Origin: Actinomycetota bacterium
GTDB lineage: Bacteria; Actinomycetota; Actinomycetes; Nanopelagicales; Nanopelagicaceae
Length of the DNA stretch: 40,008 nucleotides
Direction of reading: 5' to 3'
Assembly (NCBI GenBank): GCA_005787645.1
Contig: SYAM01000012.1
Location: 1 to 40,008 of the forward strand
Under the pieces are notes generated by a model that made no database searches, had not been told where the DNA came from, and saw only the letters and a list, made by a program, of their open reading frames with translations. The position numbers and the translations under genes were made by a program. Shown here piece by piece: positions 36,208-40,008 of this stretch (position 1 is the stretch's first letter; the number at the start of each line of letters is the position of its first letter).

Positions 36208-36828
36208 GTGAGCAGAGGAAGCCGTAAAAAAATTGGTGTGGTGCTTTCAGCTCTTGTCGCATTACTGCTTTCGGGATGTAGTAATCCCTCTGACGCTGCC
36301 TCTTTCAAAAGTGGAAAGATCACTAATGAAGAATTGCAAGCAAGCGTTTCAACTATTTTGGATGAGCGGATTAAATTCAATACCAATCCTCAAGAAGGCT
36401 TCTCGGGAGATGCACTTACGCGCAATCAACTCGAATTTCACATTTTTAGCGCTTTGTTGACCAAAGCAGCGCAAGAGCAGAAAGTCGTAGCACTTCCAGG
36501 AGAAATTTCAGCGCGTCGCGCGGAAGTCCTTCAGAATGTCGGCGGCGAAGATCAATTATCGGTAGCGTTAGTAAGTGCCGGAATCGCTTCAATTGATCTC
36601 GAGAAATACCTTGCTCTAATCGTCCTTCAAGATAAGTTGAAAGCCGTTATTGCTCCGAACACAACTGATGATGGTCAGGTTATTGCGGCACTACAAAAGA
36701 TGCTTACTGATACCGCAGTAAGTGAAAAATTGGTAGTGAACCCTCGTTATGGAACATGGAACGTTCAAAGTAATCGTGTCGAACCAGCAGACCCAACTGA
36801 AGGGGCTCTTCCTGCTGCAAAGCAGTAG
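36208..36828 (+). CDS. SurA N-terminal-domain-like lipoprotein
   Basis: Lipobox LLSGC; VNPRYGTW motif; position between mfd and mazG. Confidence 0.75.
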   Translation: MSRGSRKKIGVVLSALVALLLSGCSNPSDAASFKSGKITNEELQASVSTILDERIKFNTNPQEGFSGDALTRNQLEFHIFSALLTKAAQEQKVVALPGEISARRAEVLQNVGGEDQLSVALVSAGIASIDLEKYLALIVLQDKLKAVIAPNTTDDGQVIAALQKMLTDTAVSEKLVVNPRYGTWNVQSNRVEPADPTEGALPAAKQ

Positions 36829-36837
36829 GAATGTATT

Positions 36838-38783
<1,946 letters not shown>

Positions 38784-38803
38784 TGACAACCAAGTAGTTA
38801 GGG

Positions 38804-39205
38804 GTGATGACAGTGGCTGTAAAACGTGGAGTAACGGCGCGCTTTATCGCAATCTCGGTCGTCATTTTCATCATCGCACTGACAATCGCACCTCCTGCAC
38901 AAAGATATTTCACACAACGAGCCCAGATAAATGCAATTGAATCTGAAATTGCCCTTCGAAAAGATCGCTTAGAACAAGCAGAGATTGAACTTCAAAAATG
39001 GCGAGATCCAAATTACGTTAAATCTCAAGCGCGCGAACGTCTCCACTTTGTCTTGCCAGGTGAGCGTCAATACATCGTTGTAGGAGTGGATACTAAGGAG
39101 AGCGCTGAAGAGAAAAAACGGATGCCGATTGCAGCCAAGCAATTTGGTAGCGCTCCTTGGTACACCAAGCTCATCTCAACGATTCAACTGGCAGCCTTTA
39201 ATTGA
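38804..39205 (+). CDS. ftsB: Septum formation initiator (FtsB/DivIC)
   Basis: TM helix, coiled coil, W.DP.YV..QARERL..V.PGE, PWY. Confidence 0.88.
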   Translation: MMTVAVKRGVTARFIAISVVIFIIALTIAPPAQRYFTQRAQINAIESEIALRKDRLEQAEIELQKWRDPNYVKSQARERLHFVLPGERQYIVVGVDTKESAEEKKRMPIAAKQFGSAPWYTKLISTIQLAAFN

Positions 39206-39720
39206 AGCCAACTTCAGACGATCTTCAGATAATCGAAAGTCAACTTGGTAGACCTCCACGGAATGTGCACGCGATAGCACATCGCTGTCCTTGTGGTGAG
39301 GCTGATGTTGTCGAGACACCTCCACGGCTTGGTGATGGCACTGCCTTTCCCACCTTCTACTACGCAACTTGCCCTCGTCTGACTGGCGTGATTTCGACCT
39401 TAGAAAGTTCAGGGTTGATGCGCGAGATGAATGATCGCCTTGCAGGTGATATCTCGTTGCAAGGCCAATATTTCGCTGCTCATATTGATTATATGGCAGC
39501 ACGTGAGGCGTTAGGCATGAATGTTCCTGAAGTACAGGGTATATCCGCTGGAGGAATGCCAGATCGAGTCAAATGTTTACACTCTTTAATTGCCCATTCT
39601 CTTGCTGCAGGGGAAGGCGTAAATGTTCTCGGAGATGAAGCGCTAGCGAAACTTCCTAACTGGTGGCATGAGCTGCCCTGTTCAATAATTTTTAGGAAGC
39701 AAGGCAACATAGATGAGTAA
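39202..39720 (+). CDS. DUF501 family protein
   Basis: QLGRPPR, RCPCG, PRL.DGT.FPT.YY, GGMPDRVKCLH. Confidence 0.9.
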   Translation: MKPTSDDLQIIESQLGRPPRNVHAIAHRCPCGEADVVETPPRLGDGTAFPTFYYATCPRLTGVISTLESSGLMREMNDRLAGDISLQGQYFAAHIDYMAAREALGMNVPEVQGISAGGMPDRVKCLHSLIAHSLAAGEGVNVLGDEALAKLPNWWHELPCSIIFRKQGNIDE

Positions 39721-40008
39721 AGTTGCGGCAATTGATTGTGGAACCAACTCAATTCGGTTATTAGTTGTTGAAAACGGAAATGAAATCGCACGTGAGATGG
39801 AGATTGTGAAGTTAGGTGAAGGAGTGGATACCAACAAGAATTTCGCTCCTGCAGCAGTAGAGCGAACACTTGTAGCACTTCGAAAATTCAAGGGAATCAT
39901 CGATGCGCACGGAGTTGAGAAGTTACGATTTTGCGCCACCAGTGCCACACGTGATGCAGAAAATCGAGAGATTTTCATTGGCCCCGTGACTGAAATTCTT
40001 GGAGTAGC
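39713..40008 (+). CDS. ppx: Ppx/GppA exopolyphosphatase, 5' part (truncated by window)
   Basis: MSKVAAIDCGTNSIRLLV, IVKLGEGVD, ATSATRDAEN. Confidence 0.9.
   Translation, partial: MSKVAAIDCGTNSIRLLVVENGNEIAREMEIVKLGEGVDTNKNFAPAAVERTLVALRKFKGIIDAHGVEKLRFCATSATRDAENREIFIGPVTEILGV

Overview
Gene-dense (about 50% GC by eye) core chromosomal segment of an actinobacterium. The compact intergenic spaces and the secreted-protein style suggest a streamlined freshwater lineage such as Nanopelagicales/acI (inference). It carries conserved actinobacterial blocks: fmdB / 5-formyl-THF cyclo-ligase / galU-glp(moeA)-rimJ-glpR; pmt / rsmI-metG-tatD-rsmA-ispE; tRNA-Gln-glmU-prs-rplY-pth; and mfd-surA-like-mazG-eno-ftsB-DUF501-ppx. 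Also present are tRNA-Arg(CCT), purU, an MMPL/TetR pair, copC-copD/ctaG, ppc, a lone rhamnonate dehydratase, and a saccharopine-dehydrogenase-like/choD/SDR operon. I found no mobile element, CRISPR array, prophage or defence system, and no clearly new multi-gene system. The best leads are small: an internally deleted MoeA/Glp beside glpR, a His-free CopC, a Tat-exported Rieske protein with a CX6H second box, a structured rplY leader, an unannotated 36-aa RPPHH protein next to a probable mscL remnant, a Trp-rich uORF coupled to mfd, an A54 T-loop in tRNA-Gln, and widespread leaderless promoters. All calls come from motif recognition by eye; no searches were run.
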